Source of the DNA: the human T2T-CHM13v2.0 reference genome, Homo sapiens
Assembly (NCBI RefSeq): GCF_009914755.1
Contig: NC_060936.1
Length of the DNA: 64,000 nt
Strand: one strand, 5' to 3'
The first letter of the stretch is position 1, and the number at the start of each line of letters is the position of its first letter. The position numbers and the translations under genes are program-made. Under the pieces are notes generated by a model that had not been told where the DNA came from, ran no database searches, and saw only the letters and a list, made by a program, of their open reading frames with translations. Below, piece by piece: positions 1-14,205 of the stretch.

Positions 1-415
1 TATTGTCAATAGAACACAAGTATATGAAAATCTTGACTATAATAACGTAATAATTTTCCTAAAATTAAGTTGAGAAGTTTTATAGAATATATAATAAACT
101 GTTAATTACATGCTCTATTGTTAATCCAAATATTGGTACTTCATTGCCAGAATACCCAGACATCTACAATAACAATTAAGTTTAGTTTTCTATATTTTGA
201 CAATGTTCAGTTGTATAAAATTATAGCTTTATGCACATTTTTCCATTTCCATTTTAACAAATATATTTGTCAAAGTAAAAGGATAGGACATATTTTAGTT
301 ACCAGTTTGTGAGCTTGATTCCTAACTTTGAGCTTGATTCATAGCTCTGACACCTTGTGTGGGGGCTCCATTTCTATTCCTGCCCTGAAAACCACAACTG
401 TTATGGGAGGGTCTG
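1..415 (+). mobile_element. hAT-Tip100 family DNA transposon 3' relic (Zaphod-like), cut by window start
   Basis: Ends in GGGGGCTCCATTTCTATTCCTGCCCTG...GTTATGGGAGGGTCTG, resembling the recalled Tip100-type terminus. The first ~90 bp resemble a degraded transposase 3' end. Confidence 0.5.
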
Positions 416-502
416 AGTGCAACACTGTGTACAGTAGAAAAAATCCCACTGGATACTGAATGTCGACTATCATGGCACTTGCTAAATATACTATGTGTAA
501 AA

Positions 503-875
503 TGTTTTGTTTAGTTCTGGCTGCTATAACAAATTACCATAGACTGGGTGGCTTCAACAACAAACATTTATTTCTCGCAGTTCTGGAGGCTAAGAAGTTC
601 AAGGGCAAGGTGCAGGCAGATCCAGTATCTTGTTAACCAGGGCCCACTTCCTGGTTTACAGATGGCCATCTTCTGGTTGCATGCTCCCATGGCAAAGCAG
701 AGAGAGAAAGCAAGCTCTCATGTGTCTCATTATAAGGGCACTAATTCCATTCTTGAGGGCCCCACCTGCATGACCTAATTGCCTTCTAAAGGCCCTGCCG
801 CCTAATATCATCATGTTGGAGGTTAGGATTCCAACATATAAATTTGGGAGAGACATAAGCATTCAGTGCATAACA
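503..875 (-). mobile_element. MLT1A/MLT1A0 MaLR solo LTR
   Basis: GCTGCTATAACAAATTACCATAGACTGGGTGGC...TATAAGGGCACTAATTCCATT...CATTCAGTGCATAACA is the reverse complement of the MLT1A-type consensus; ~370 bp. Confidence 0.85.
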
Positions 876-879
876 TTTT

Positions 880-1520
<641 letters not shown>

Positions 1521-2522
1521 GGGAGGAAAATTCCGATGACTGATAAATTTCAACATTCCAAGTAGTTCTGATATTATCACCTCACAACAAAATTCCATCA
1601 GACTCTCTTATCCTAACCATAAATTCTACTATTCAGTGTCCTGAAATTGGAATTATCAGTGGACTTATGCATACTACAATACACCATTATCTTATATATG
1701 TCTGGTTCTTTATAGCTAATCACATTCTATCATAAGCACAGTGTGGTTCATATATGGAGATTTCGAGAAAATGTCAATATCTCTAACTCACAGATAAAAA
1801 ACCTGCTAAAGTTTATGCAACTTCAGTGCTAAGTTCTGTTCACTTTCCATAACCCACATGGTTGTTATAAAACACATTCATGGTTGATTGTTTACATTGC
1901 TCTGGAAAGACAGCTTTATTCTGTGGAATAGACAGTAGATTCACTTCTTCACTAAATGGTCAGCATCCATTAATGTTACAGCATCCGTTAAAGCTGAATT
2001 GGGAGCTAGTTCCAAATTCACACTTTCTGAAGAGAAAACAGAAAATGTGTTTTGCCTTCTCTATTGTTTATTTTATAGTGTCTTGGTTTAGTTATAAACT
2101 TTGTCTCATAATTATAGTAAAATGTAACAGGTTTGCCTGAAAAATCTTCTTAGGTGATGAAACTCGCTTTTTAAAAAAATCCTTTCCTCACCAATAATTT
2201 TTTTCCTTTGTAATCTACTTCCCTCTGACTTTTTATTTGAAACATTTCTTCTTTTAGGGTTACATTATCACATTTTCCTTAATTCCATAATCCTTTCAAC
2301 TCCCTCATCCTTTATGCACTGTGTTTTTGTATCCTTTTATTTTTAAGTCCTTTTCATGTTGTCTCCCTTTTGTTTTATTTCCACAGGAGCTTTTATTGTC
2401 ATCTTAGTCTTTATTTTTCAGCCTGACCTACGAGCAAGGAAATGAAAAGGGAAAGTACCGCAGCCACGCTTCCATGGAAGTGGCAGACAGGTGCCAAAGA
2501 GTACATTACATTTGAAGAGAGG

Positions 2523-2540
2523 AAAAAAAAAAAAAAAAAA
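2523..2540 (+). repeat. (A)18 mononucleotide run
   Basis: Read directly; no adjacent SINE/LINE body recognised. Confidence 0.95.
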
Positions 2541-3327
2541 GCTGGATCAGGGCCTGATTTGTTTTTTTTCTTTTTGGTCTCCAAAGTGTAATACCTTTGA
2601 AGATGAAAAATAATGACATTTACACAGGAACATATATAAAAATGTGTCTTGGTGAACATAGAAATGCCGAGAAAACAGGTTCCTTTAATCAGAATTCTGG
2701 TTCAATGTCCAATAGACCCAGTCAAATTTACTCTGAAGGCATGAGTGAGAGCATCACCCTGTAGGAAGCCAAAGTTGACAAATTAACTCTGTCTCTATCT
2801 TGAAACCAGCTTACTAGTAAGTGAAATTCAGAATTGCACCTGAAGTTTGTTAATGTTGATTTAGATGAAGCAAGCCCAAACTCCTTAAAGATCTCTAGAG
2901 CAAGATACCTCTTCGATAAATCAGTAAGAGTGGTCACAGTATGATTCTCAGACAGAAAGATCAACAATCAATATTAGAAATTTTGACAAATAGTTGTTCC
3001 CATCTCTATTTAATAGGCATTTTGGTGTTTCAGATCCAGCCGCTTACTCACACTCTTTCCCTGGAGCTCATACTCATTTAATTTATCTTTCACCTGCCTG
3101 TCTTCCCACAGGCAGTGCCTGCCTCTTGCATCCATCTATAATGCTACCCCGATTACCTCAGAACATCTAGAGCAGCTACAGATCAAGAATGAACAAATAG
3201 AAGAAGAAATGATCTCTCTTGACTGGGAACACTTACATTTTATAAGGTTTTTGTTGCCTTTGCAGTGAACCAATCTAAATCTGAAAATTTATCTCACAAA
3301 ATCATGACGAGGAAAAGCGAGGCAGTT

Positions 3328-3420
3328 GTGTGTATGTGTCCGTGTATGCATGTGTGTGTGTTCATAAGTGTGTGTGTCTCTGTGTGAATGTATGCCTTTG
3401 TGTCTATATTTGTACATGTG
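3328..3420 (+). repeat. Degenerate (TG)n-rich tract
   Basis: Interrupted TG repeats read directly. Confidence 0.75.
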
Positions 3421-4959
3421 CCACAAAAAGGTAAAAAGGAAGAAAATCAGTAAATCAGACAGTGTTTTAGCTACCTGGTCCTAAATTTCTAGTTGTTTAC
3501 AAATATGTATGATTGAATTTTTTATTTAAAAATGAAAATCTGGATGTTAAGCATACATAGTAAATGTGAACAGCTTTCCCTTTGCCCTAAACTCTTTTTT
3601 TCATCTACTTTTCCTTCCCTCGCCTGCCAACTTTCACCCTTATTTTCCTTTTCCTATCTGGTATTTCCTAGATGTTCTGTTCAGTTTAATTTATCCAAAT
3701 GTCATACCCAATAAGTTCCTGAATCTCCACTCCATTCCGGCTGAATTATTGTATTACTTTTAAATAACTTGCATCTGCTCCTGATTCTCCCATCTGCTTC
3801 TCTTCCTCTTTACTTTCTCATCATGAGGCCTGGCTCTAGTTAGGGACAGTGGCCAAGCACTAACTCAAGCAGTTACTTCATCAGGCCGGACTTCACCAAT
3901 TTTTCATTTCTGAGCTGCTGACACCAAGTTAGTCATCCTTCCTGAATCTCTCTGAAAAAGCTGGCCCTAGGCAAATTTGTAAAGTAGGTCAGATATATGA
4001 GTGCTGCCATACACACTTTCAGTGCTTTCTCATACACTTTTGTCACCCTTCTGCAGGGGTACCCCATACATTGGACTTCGCAATTTTCTCCCTTTACTCC
4101 CATCCTTCAGGAAGTCCATATCCAGTGTCCTTTTTTCCATTGCGTCATTTCTAGGAGAAATCTGGTAGAAAAATTCTAGCAAAATGTTACTCATAGACAA
4201 TAAACATTTAGTATTTCATCCTCTATGGAATGAGTTTCAAGATTTATGTTTCTGTGTTCTGTTGTTAAGATAGGCACGTGGGGCAGCCCCAGCAAAGTCA
4301 TCAGCTGAAACTGTGAGTTGAGGCACTTGTAAGTAGAGTTGGCTGCTCTCTTAAATGCTAGAATTTGAAGGAATTTGATGGCATTTTTTAAAAAGAAAGG
4401 AAACTAACATTTCTCAAGTTTTTGCTACATGCCAGGAGCAAGCTAGATTTTACCCTCATTTTAACCAATGAAAAGGTAGTATACTTGCCCATGCTGAAAA
4501 AAATAATATGGCTATAAGAAAAAGAGATGAGATTTGCACCTGGGTATAAACCGGCAGCATAGTCCCCCAAAAAATCATATGGCTGTAAGAAGAAGAGATG
4601 GGATTTGGACTTGGATATAACCCAGCAGCAAAGCACAGTGTTCTGCTTCACCTTTCTGCTCCTTGGGTTCAGGACCATAGAATGTTAACTTTCCTCCTTT
4701 TGGAGTTTCCAAGCACCCAACACACATGAAGTAAGCACCATTTTATGTATGAAGGTAAATGAGTGGAAGTGAGTAAAATCTTGAGGTGAATAGGGAATGG
4801 TTGCTACAGCATAGTCTGGATCAGAGATATGACCCAAGAAGTGTTCTGCTAGGACACTATCTTGAAGTCTTTGTAGCACATGAAATGGATCTCAGACTTT
4901 ACACAAAAGTTATAGGGGAGCCGGTCATTCTATAAGCTATAAAGCCTATAAGATATAGG

Positions 4960-5150
4960 CTTTAAGAGGGACAAACCTAAAGTAGGGTGGCCAGCTGGGG
5001 AGCTACATTGCTATTAGCCAGGCAAGACCTGGTAATGGGCTCCAATGAGGTAATGAAGGGAGAGGGAAACAGTATTTAGGAGGCAAAGTAGTAGGACTTG
5101 GTAGTCACTTGGATTTATAAGGAGTAGAGCAGAGAAAGAAATCAAAGATG
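4960..5150 (-). mobile_element. L2 fragment
   Basis: GCCAGGCAAGAC...TATTTAGGAGGCAAAGTAGTAGGACTTGGTAG...ATCAAAGATG resembles the antisense L2 body. Confidence 0.6.
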
Positions 5151-6100
5151 TACATTTTTACTTTGTGTATTCCCAAGTTCCACAACCTTTTTCTAACTCA
5201 AGGGAAACTATTGTAATATACTTAGATGCCTTAGAGCAGATTCCCAAGCTAAATTTATAATTATTTGGAGCTGGCAAAATTCTGCCTAACTTAACCAGTC
5301 ATGCGTTCAGTAAGCATAATTTTTGACCAGAAAAAATACTGCATTCTCACAATTAAGGTATGATTTAGCCCTAAGAAAGGGCTAGAATTCTCTTATTTGG
5401 AATCTTGTCTTTTCCTACCTCAAGAGGTGTTCCTGACAGAGACAGTCTTTATAATTCTTAGTTATGTTTATGGCACTTTGATTTTAGAAATCACTCTAAA
5501 CACAGATATTTCCATAGTAAATATTCCCAACTGCCATCCTTGGAAGGGGTAATTTGATTAGTGGTATTGTATTGAGTTGCATTATAATTGGTTTCTTCAA
5601 ATAAAGCCTATTACTACACTTAAGAAAAAGAAATCAAGAATTAATGTCTAGGTGATCTGCTTTGCACAAAAGTGATAGCAGGATGGGGTTAACAAGTATT
5701 TATGGAGAGATAACTGGGAGTGATGAGCTCTCAAGTTTTGATGTTTATTAAAGAGTTTATTGGAATCTCATAGAGCAGTAACAAATGATCTAATAAAACA
5801 AATAAGATTAAGCAGTTCCAGTAAACAAAATTACACTAAAACTCCAGAAGAGTAGAAGCAAACCATTTTTATTTCTTTAATTCCCACAAAACTCATATTA
5901 ATATTTCCAAATCTTATAAAGAGTTCTGGAATGAGGAATTTGTTTAAGCATGGGCGAAAGTGTTCAAATCATGATTCATGTTATTCATGAATTCATTTAA
6001 TGGACTATTTAGCCACGTTGGCAAACTTTTAAAAGGAAAATAACTTTTGCAGACATAATATAAGGGGAAAACCTCTGAAAACTCAGCCACAAATAAATGG

Positions 6101-6729
6101 TGTAGGCTGGCACTGTTTTCTTAGAAAATGAAAACAAAGTAAACAAACTCGAATTAAAGAGAGGAGGTGGGGTTGGTTAAGTTAGAAAAAAACAACTTCC
6201 TGAAGAAAGAAAGGCTTGCTGAAGGAAGTTATGAGACCTTAGGAGATGTTACCAGCAGGCTCCTTTGCTGATCTTTCTAATGGAAGTTAATGGCTGCAGA
6301 GCAAACACAGGCAGACAGGGCAATGAGCAGCTTCCAGAATTCCGAAACCTAACATGGCCCAGAAGCAGAAAAATGACTGTTGTGTCCAAACAAGGTTCTA
6401 GCTAATAGAGCAAGCAGCCTGAAAGAGTCAGATGGATAGAAACAAGGGACATCTCAGCAGCAAAGGGGTGGACCATGTCCTCATCCAACAACAGACATCT
6501 CACTGGGCTCTTTTGTCTACAGATAAAATTAAAGACCGAAGACTCCCTAGATATGGTGCTGTTATGTGAAACACCCCAGAATCTAGGCAGTGATGATATA
6601 TTCACTGATACTGAGTTTCTACCACCTTGTCAATGGGGACTTGCACTATAATTAAGTTGTTCTAGGGAAATAAAGACAGTTCTCTTTCTTGCCCACCTGA
6701 ACAGTGGACTGGGATTTATACCTGCTGCA
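6101..6729 (+). mobile_element. Ancient Gypsy-type LTR (MamGypLTR-like)
   Basis: TG...CA-bounded ~630 bp ending AATAAAG...TTCTTGCCCACCTGAACAGTGGACTGGGATTTATACCTGCTGCA, similar to the recalled MamGypLTR 3' end. Confidence 0.5.
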
Positions 6730-7083
6730 TGCGGGAATTTTTGTGCAAAAATATTTGCACCAAGAATTTAGGGCCTAATTATTTTGAGATGTTTGGCCAG
6801 ATGTGCAGGATAAGGTGGACTCTTAGAAGCCACTGTTAATTTTAGAACAATTGAGAGAGACTGATGAGACAGAGTTTAAAAATATAACACAATTCTTTAA
6901 ATCTCCTAAGCAGATATGGTCAGCTTGGTAGAAAGAAAAGAAGGTGAATGCAGTCTAGTAAGAAATCAAGAAAATTTATTGGGACCCAAGAAGGTACCCA
7001 GAAAGGCAGCCCCATTGGTGGTAATTTTTAAAGACCCCATTTGTGGTCCTACATTTCTGAACCTCTTTCTGGATGGGGAAGTG

Positions 7084-7430
7084 TATTATGAGATGCACGG
7101 GTATGTCCTCCCAAAAATTAATATATTGAAACTCTAACCTCCCACTCCATTGGGATGGTATTAGGAGGTTGGGCCTTTGGGAGGTAATTAGATTAATATG
7201 AGGTCATGAAGGTGAAGCCCCCATAATGAGTTTAGTGTCCTCTGCCATGTGAAGAGACAGCAAGAAAACAACCATCTGTAAACCAGGAAGAGGGTCCTCA
7301 GCAATAACCTAACCATGCTGGCACCCTGATCTCCATCTTCTAGCCTCCAGAACTGTGAGAAACAAGTGTTCGTTGTTTAAACTACCAAGTCTATGGTAAT
7401 CTGTTACAGCAGCCCAAACTGATGAAGACA
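7084..7430 (+). mobile_element. MLT1A MaLR solo LTR
   Basis: GGTATTAGGAGGTTGGGCCTTTGGGAGGTAATTAG...GCCTCCAGAACTGTGAGAAA...CAGCAGCCCAAACTGATGAAGACA. Confidence 0.85.
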
Positions 7431-7593
7431 AAGGGCAGTTCCAGGGGGACACATGAGGTTTGCAATTAGTGCAAGACTTATGTAGGTTCCTAACTGTAAA
7501 TCAGACATTGAGCTTTGAATTTTATCTCTGGGCTGCTTGGCACTCAAAAGAAATATTGATATAAATAAATTACATGACTAAGAGCTTTTTTGG

Positions 7594-7615
7594 AAAAAAA
7601 AAAAAAAAAAAAAAA
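7594..7615 (+). repeat. (A)22 mononucleotide run
   Basis: Read directly; no retroelement body recognised upstream. Confidence 0.95.
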
Positions 7616-8044
7616 GCAATATATGCCAGTTCTTCCAGACACCAATTTAAAAAAATTAAAGAAATATATTACTTTTGCCCTTATTTCATGGATACGGCTT
7701 ATTATAAGACACAATGTTTCCTAAAATGAAAATGCTTCCTTTTACTCAAAAAATAAAGGTAAAATTTTTATAACTATTTCTTGCTTCAACCCTTAATAAA
7801 ATCTTAAATCTTAGTATTGTCATCCATCTTTGCTATATTTATAAAACCATCTATTCTTTTGTTTTCTGCTAGAATAGGGTCTGTAACTTATTACAGAAAC
7901 CAAGTTCCCAGCACAGTGGCACATACAAGGGCTTCCCAAATGTGCTAAGTTTTATCAACAGTAAGTGATACAGTGGAATTACTTTGATGAAGAGGGGTTG
8001 CTGACCTATACTAACAAACTCCAGCTATGTAAACTGTAGGGATC

Positions 8045-8402
8045 TGTCTTAGTCAGCTCAAGCTGTTACTAACAAAATACCATAGATTGGGTAGCTTAGT
8101 TCTCACAGTCCTGGGGACTGGAAAGTCCAAGATCAAGGTGTCAGCAGATTCCATTCTTGGTGAGGGTGCACTTTCTGACTGGTAGATGGCTGCCTACTTG
8201 GTGTATCCTCACATGGTGGGGAAAGGAGGGTCTGATGTCTCTTCTTCTTCTTTTTATAAGGGCACTAATCCCATCAAGGGGGCTCCACCCTCATGACCTC
8301 CTCTACACCTAACTACCTTTCAAAGGCCTCACCCCTAACACATTGGGTATTTTAGGACTTCAATATATGAATTTGGAGAACACAAACATGCAATTCACAA
8401 TA
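8045..8402 (-). mobile_element. MLT1A MaLR solo LTR with 5-bp TSD
   Basis: TGTCTTAGTC...TATAAGGGCACTAATCCCATC...; flanked by GGATC at 8040-8044 and 8403-8407. Confidence 0.88.
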
Positions 8403-10039
8403 GGATCTAACTTGAACTATCAATAAAACCTAAAACACCAAGGGTCTTTTAAGCAGTTATCTTTGCTAATACACATCAAACAGAGCTTATTATATCTACA
8501 ATTTCATTTCTAGATACGTAGAAATGTTTTCTTATTTTGCACTAAGGCAACAGCAGTCTTCCTACATTCATAGATTTTTTTTTTTAGTGGTGGATCTTTG
8601 GTTCATTTACAAAGTAAAATTTTGCTGAGTCAAGGTAAAAGCATCTAAATGTCTTAGAAATATAGCCCAATCACCAATCCAATGATTGAATGTGTAAAAG
8701 AATCTATTTTCATACCTTTGTTAATTACACAACATGGACACCAACTAATCAGAATGGATACCAGCTATAAACAAGTGCTATGATCATCTGGGTATGTGTC
8801 AGGAAATATCTGTGGGTTACCAATGGGTTTAAAACCCAAAGTGCTCAATAGCTATACGTTGGATGACATTGAACTGAACACTCGCTGCCATGCTATAAGG
8901 CAAAAACTGGGTTAAAGGCAAAAACTGACTTTTAGTCATTAGGTATCACTCCTGCTGCCTAGTACTGTACCTGATAAATAGTAGACAGTGAATAAATAAA
9001 TAATTGTGATTTTATTCATACAGACCTTTCTAGAAGTAACAGCTATAAGAACATTGCTATCAGAATTTAAAGTCTTTGCTCAGGTAGAAATTGATTTCTT
9101 TTCTTAACCTTTGAACCACATAGACAACAAAGTTATAGATGTAATTTGAACCTCAAAAGGGCATTCCGATTTTCCCAGTACAATTAAATGTTGGGACTAA
9201 TGAGGCAGAGACAATATTTTCTTATACAAACAATTTTTCAAGTATACAGGACAGTAGCATCTAATGACTGCTACCAACACAAAATCACTGGGTGGCCAGC
9301 TTCTATTTTATGCAGTGAGGTTAGCAATTATTCTGTAACACTTAATTTCCTGTTACTAATGCTTTCCCCGAAGCACTTAAGCATGATGGCCTTATGAATA
9401 TAGTTATTAGTGGAACCTCACTCAGTGTTTGGATTCTTTTAGAAATTTGATAAAGATAATATTCTCCCAAAGGTTACTGTCCAGATAACAAGTCATTTTA
9501 TCAGCAGGCCTGAGCTTCAGCCAGCTGTCATTAAGAGTGTCTTGTTAACCAGTGAAGGACTTTGTAGCTGGGTCAGGGCCGTTGAAGTCTGGGGCAAGGT
9601 TGCTAAGGTAACGAATCTGTCCAAAGACTTCTCTCAGGATCAACCTTTCATCTTGTTAAATTTATATAAGCAAAGCACTGTGAGAAGAATGCTAATACAC
9701 CAAATGACAGAAACAATTGCACAAAGATATTTTTTAAGCTTGCTAGGTGTGTGTTTAAGCTCCTTTCTAAAGATACAATTTGTGTGGGTTTGGAGAAGTT
9801 CATAGAAATGAGCTAAATTACCCTGGGTCCATATATCGTTTACATTAGCATGAGAAACACATGGCTCTACAAAGCACAATTTAATTCAACTATACACATT
9901 GATTGAGTGCCTGCTTGGTACCTGAATTCATTTTTCAGTGTTACATTTGAGTCTGAGAAGAATTAAATTCTAAGGAAAGTAAAGCTTAGCGCCCTTCCAA
10001 AGAGTCCAGATTCAGTGACATAGAATAACTTCAGTTCTT

Positions 10040-11200
10040 ACATTAGGGAGTAATCGTGATGTTAAGCATGAGGTTGTTATATTAAAAATATATAGGACAT
10101 CAAAGACTAATGGGGTCATGTGAGAAGGATATGAGAACCGACTTGAACCGCCCCTTCTGGCCTGAGATGGGACAATGTGAACATCAAAAAGAATAATGAT
10201 AGCAATGGACTTAAACATATCGAATACATAAAAATCCGTGAGTTCATACTGGTACTAAAAACAGAAAGACTCACTGGCCACTACTAGAGGTTGCTAAGGC
10301 CACCAACTCATTACTGAAATTTGACAAATAATGGAAAAGAATGAAGCATATATTTTGCCTTTCCTGCATGAACTGTATTCCTACATAACCAAATAGCTGA
10401 TAAGTTCTTTAAAAATAATTTCATGTAATAACTGCATATGAAATAATAGGATTAAAAAATCACCATTTTGCAACACTTAATGAAATAATGAATTTAGACA
10501 ACATATATCAAGGAGTGCCAAAACAATTAGATGAAAAGACTGTGGGGAACTTAATGATGGAGGGATTATGTTGACAACTCCTGAACTCACCAATCAATCA
10601 CAATAACATTAAAGATGGGACAATCAGACATGAGGTGTCTCATTATGTAATGCAAAGAGAAGTGCACACATCACTTAAGAAATAGTCTTGCCTAAAAATA
10701 TTGAACCTAAATCTAATCAACCCTCTAGTTCTAACTACGAGGAATAGAGGAGGAAGTTAAATATCACAATCTAAAAATTGGGACATTCCAAAGACAAATG
10801 ACCCAGTTTCCCAAAAAAATAAATAGCATGAAAAGAAACCAGGGAGGGGAGCTGCTTTAGAATAAAAAAAGCTGTAAGAGACACAACAGGCAAATACAAT
10901 GAGTGGGCCTTTTATGAAATCTGAGTTGAATAAATCAAATGTAAAACAACATCTTTGAGAAAACTGAAAAAAAATGGATATAACAGACTTAAATGATATA
11001 AAGTTATTATTTGTGTTAGGTATAATATTTGCTGGTTACATTTTGAAAGGTTTCTATCAGTTAAAGATGCATACTAAAGTATCTACAGGTGAGATAAAAT
11101 GGTATCAGGGATTTACTTTTTAAAAAGTAAAGAAGTTGGATAAAACAAAGTTGGCAAAATGTTTATAATCATCAAAATTCTGGGAAAAGAAAAAACTGTG
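10040..11200 (+). mobile_element. L1MC4/L1MC5-like 3' region
   Basis: GACATCAAAGACTAATGGGGTCATGTG...GATGGGACAATGTGAACATCAAAAAGAATAATG and TTGAACCTAAATCTAATCAA are L1MC 3'UTR hallmarks. Confidence 0.75.
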
Positions 11201-11794
11201 GAAAACTGGGTGCCTGAATTACAGTGTTGGAACTGTCTGACTAGTATGCTTAAAACCTTTAATATTGGAAGAACCAGTAGGGCCTGTCTATTGCTTATAT
11301 AAAATATTTTTACTACTAGCAAGAATCCATGCTGAATAGAATCAGCTAACCTGCAGAGCTGAAAAGTTTATATTTGTCCTGGCCTTTATTCTGAAAGAAG
11401 ACAACATGTCAATTCCTAAGGATAGTCTGAACTCTAAAACTTGTCCTTATCAGAAAATATGAACAAAGGAAGAATTTGATACAATGGAAAACACTGTCCC
11501 CGGATAAGGTTAAATGATTTGGCAACCCAGAAGAACATACCATCTCATCACTGTCAGTTACCTCTGAGGAACCTAAGCTTTCTGCTAGTTCAGGCTGCTA
11601 CAAAGCAAATGAAGCAGCTTCCTTACCATGCCAGATATTCAGGTTGCTGACCTCAACACAAAAAAGCTAAAGGTTAAAAACCAAAACCACATTGCAACTC
11701 TTCCTATTAAGTTAAACTGAAATTACAAAATAAGTATTGATGAGATATTATTTAAGATCTTCTAAAGAATTAAATTATTTAGAATGTGACAGTG

Positions 11795-12520
11795 ATACTA
11801 TATAAAGAGCTCTTACAAGTCAATAAAAAAGATGAACACCCCAAAAGAAAAGTGGGCAAAGGACACAAAATCAATAGAAATATAAGTGGCCAATAATAAA
11901 CATGTTATAAATGATTTTTTCCAACATTTAAAAAATCAACCTCAAAGAAAATCAATGAATGCAAATTAAGACAAGGAAATACCATTTTGTCTATCAAGCT
12001 GGCAAATGTTTTCAATGATAAATAGTATTGACTTTTTTCTAGGAAGCAGTTATAAAAATTGGTTCAACATTTCTAAAGGTCAATTTGACAATATGTATCA
12101 AAATCATTACCTTTGAACCAAAACTTCCATTTTCTGAAATTAATCCAAAGTAAATAATCATGAAAATGCAAGAAGAGTTAAGTAGAAGAAAGTCCATTCC
12201 AGTATTGTTTATAATAGTAAAAATTAAAAATAACATAGATATTCAATAATAGGGATTGGTTAAATTATGATGCATACATGAAATAGAACACTAGGCTGTT
12301 ATTAAAACTATCCAACTATCAAATGATTCAGAAACATGTCTATACTGTTAAATTGAAAAATAGGATTATTAAAAGTAGTATGTATGTGTGCATATGTAAA
12401 TGTATGCAAAATAGCTACCAAAAAATATTTACTTCTAAATGGGAACTCTCTTTAATGTGATTGTAATTATTTTACCTAGAGTGTTTACAGTGAACACATT
12501 AAGTATGAAAGCCATGTTTT
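11795..12520 (+). mobile_element. L1ME ORF2-end/3'UTR relic
   Basis: ATATAAAGAGCTCTTACAAGTCAATAA...AAGTGGGCAAAGGACA...CAATTTGACAATATGTATCAAAA...TTGTTTATAATAGTAAAAA. Confidence 0.75.
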
Positions 12521-13325
12521 TAAGACTGGAAAGAGAACTTTCTAAGCACTAGCTTCACTGCTCCAACTGTGCTCAATTGTTCTGTTACTCAATCTGGGTT
12601 TATTGTACCCTACTTCCTCACTGATGGAACATAGGAGGGAAGCCACAGCCTGCCATTTTACCTGCTGGCCCCACCAAGAGCCCTAGGGAGGAGACTTACT
12701 GGTAACTGGCCACTAAGTGTGAAAAGCCTTTATCATCCAAGTTGCTATACTTAGCGTTTCATCTTGCCTCTCAACTGTTGGAGCAGTAACAAGCCCTCTA
12801 CATTAACTCCCTGGCTGAGGCTAAAACTCAACCAACATGGAGCCCCCATGTCCTTTTCTTCTCTGTCAATGGTCCCCCATCAGAAATATCCTGCCATGGA
12901 AACATTCATCCATCTAGCCTGACTTCCATTCTAATAAATGCTTAATCTACTGGTTACAATTTTTCCATAACCTTAGGCTCCTATAGCAGGGCAAATCTAT
13001 ATTACATCTTTAGCAGTATCCATTTGGGGCTCTTAAACAGATAGTGTCTTTTTTCTTCCCTGGTAAATTTGTTCAAAATGTTGGAACTCAATAAACAGTT
13101 TTTAAACACAGGAAATCATTGTTTTCTCATTGAAAGTTACTCTATTTCCAAATTAAGACATAGTTCTTACGCCTCTATCCTTAAAATTAAAAAAAAATTT
13201 AAGGTCATAAAAATAAGTTGGACATTGTACAAAGCAGTTTAAGGATGTTTCATCAATGCCTTCTGGGATCCTCTCATTTCGGGCAAATCACTCCCATTTG
13301 TACAGTTTGACTGTATAATTCTATA

Positions 13326-13545
13326 CATTCATTCAACAAGCATTTGTTGAATGTTGAATGCCTACTAATGGCCAGGGACACCCCTTCCACCCAAGTCCTG
13401 CAGGTACAAATATGAATAGGCACAAATACTATCTGAGGTGCCCATGGATTAGTCAGGAACATATTGACATGTAAGCAAGCAATGTAATCCAATGGATGAG
13501 TACAATAATGGAAGTGTGTACAAGGTGTTATGGGGACAACTAAAT
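13326..13545 (-). mobile_element. L2 3' fragment
   Basis: CATTCATTCAACAAGCATTTGTTGAATG...GCCTACT is an antisense L2 tail. Confidence 0.7.
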
Positions 13546-13569
13546 ATTCACTTAATATTCACTAATAGA

Positions 13570-13810
13570 GAGTTTCTCAAGTGAGGTTTTACTTCAGGTG
13601 TCAGTAGGTGATGCACAATAAAAAAAATTTTTTTCTTTAAGCCCTGAACAGATTAGGCTAAAGAGTTAAACATGCTTCTGTGCTGTAAGACTTAACAGAG
13701 CTTTTCATATCTAATGTTCATTGTGAATTTCCAAGGATGTTCCTGAAGATAGGGTGCACAGCATTTCCCAAACTTATTTGACCACAGAAATCTTTCTTCA
13801 CAGATCATCT
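13570..13810. mobile_element. MER103C-like hAT-Charlie relic
   Basis: CAGAGCTTTTCATATCTAATGTTCATTGTGAATTTCCAAG...CAGCATTTCCCAAACTTATTTGACCACAGAA; paralogous to the element at 56402-56697. Confidence 0.65.
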
Positions 13811-13914
13811 TGATCAGAACTTTAGATTTTACAAAGTGCTTTTCTATGGTATGCAATTTTCTGTGCCCAAGACTGCAAACATCTTATGAGGAAGAACTGG
13901 AACTGTTTTTCAGG

Positions 13915-14010
13915 TCAGGGAATGGGAACGTATCTTACTCATCTTGTATCTCCAGAGTCCAGCACAGTGTTCAACACATAAAAGATGCTCAATAAATGGC
14001 TGACAAATTC
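13915..14010 (+). mobile_element. L2 3' end
   Basis: CATCTTGTATCTCCAGAGTCCAGCACAGTG...GATGCTCAATAAATG. Confidence 0.65.
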
Positions 14011-14024
14011 ACAACTGAGTGCAT

Positions 14025-14205
14025 AGTGTCATTTGCACCACCACAACCTGGGGGAATAGTTCACGCATGGATTATCCTCATTTCACAGAAGAGAGTATGA
14101 AGGCCAGGGACATTAAGTGACCCAGCCAAGATCTTAGAATGAGCTAGTGGTACAACGAAGACTGGAAACAGGATCCCCTCCCAGGTCCAGTGCCCCTCTT
14201 CTATT
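14025..14205 (-). mobile_element. MIR
   Basis: ATTATCCTCATTTCACAGAAGAG...TTAAGTGACCCAGCCAAGATC, antisense MIR core. Confidence 0.7.

Noticed and set aside
310-347. 19-bp-period repeat of TGAGCTTGATTC
   Set aside because: Ordinary diverged slippage duplication inside a transposon relic.
2330-2495. Long polypyrimidine tract with acceptor-like sites (TTCCACAG ending at 2386, TTTTTCAG ending at 2421)
   Set aside because: Only a weak downstream donor (CAG|GTGCCA) and no recognisable coding homology; an exon cannot be supported without transcript data.
4941-4963. 9-bp hairpin AAAGCCTAT/ATAGGCTTT
   Set aside because: Short, AT-rich and isolated; plausible by chance at this window size.
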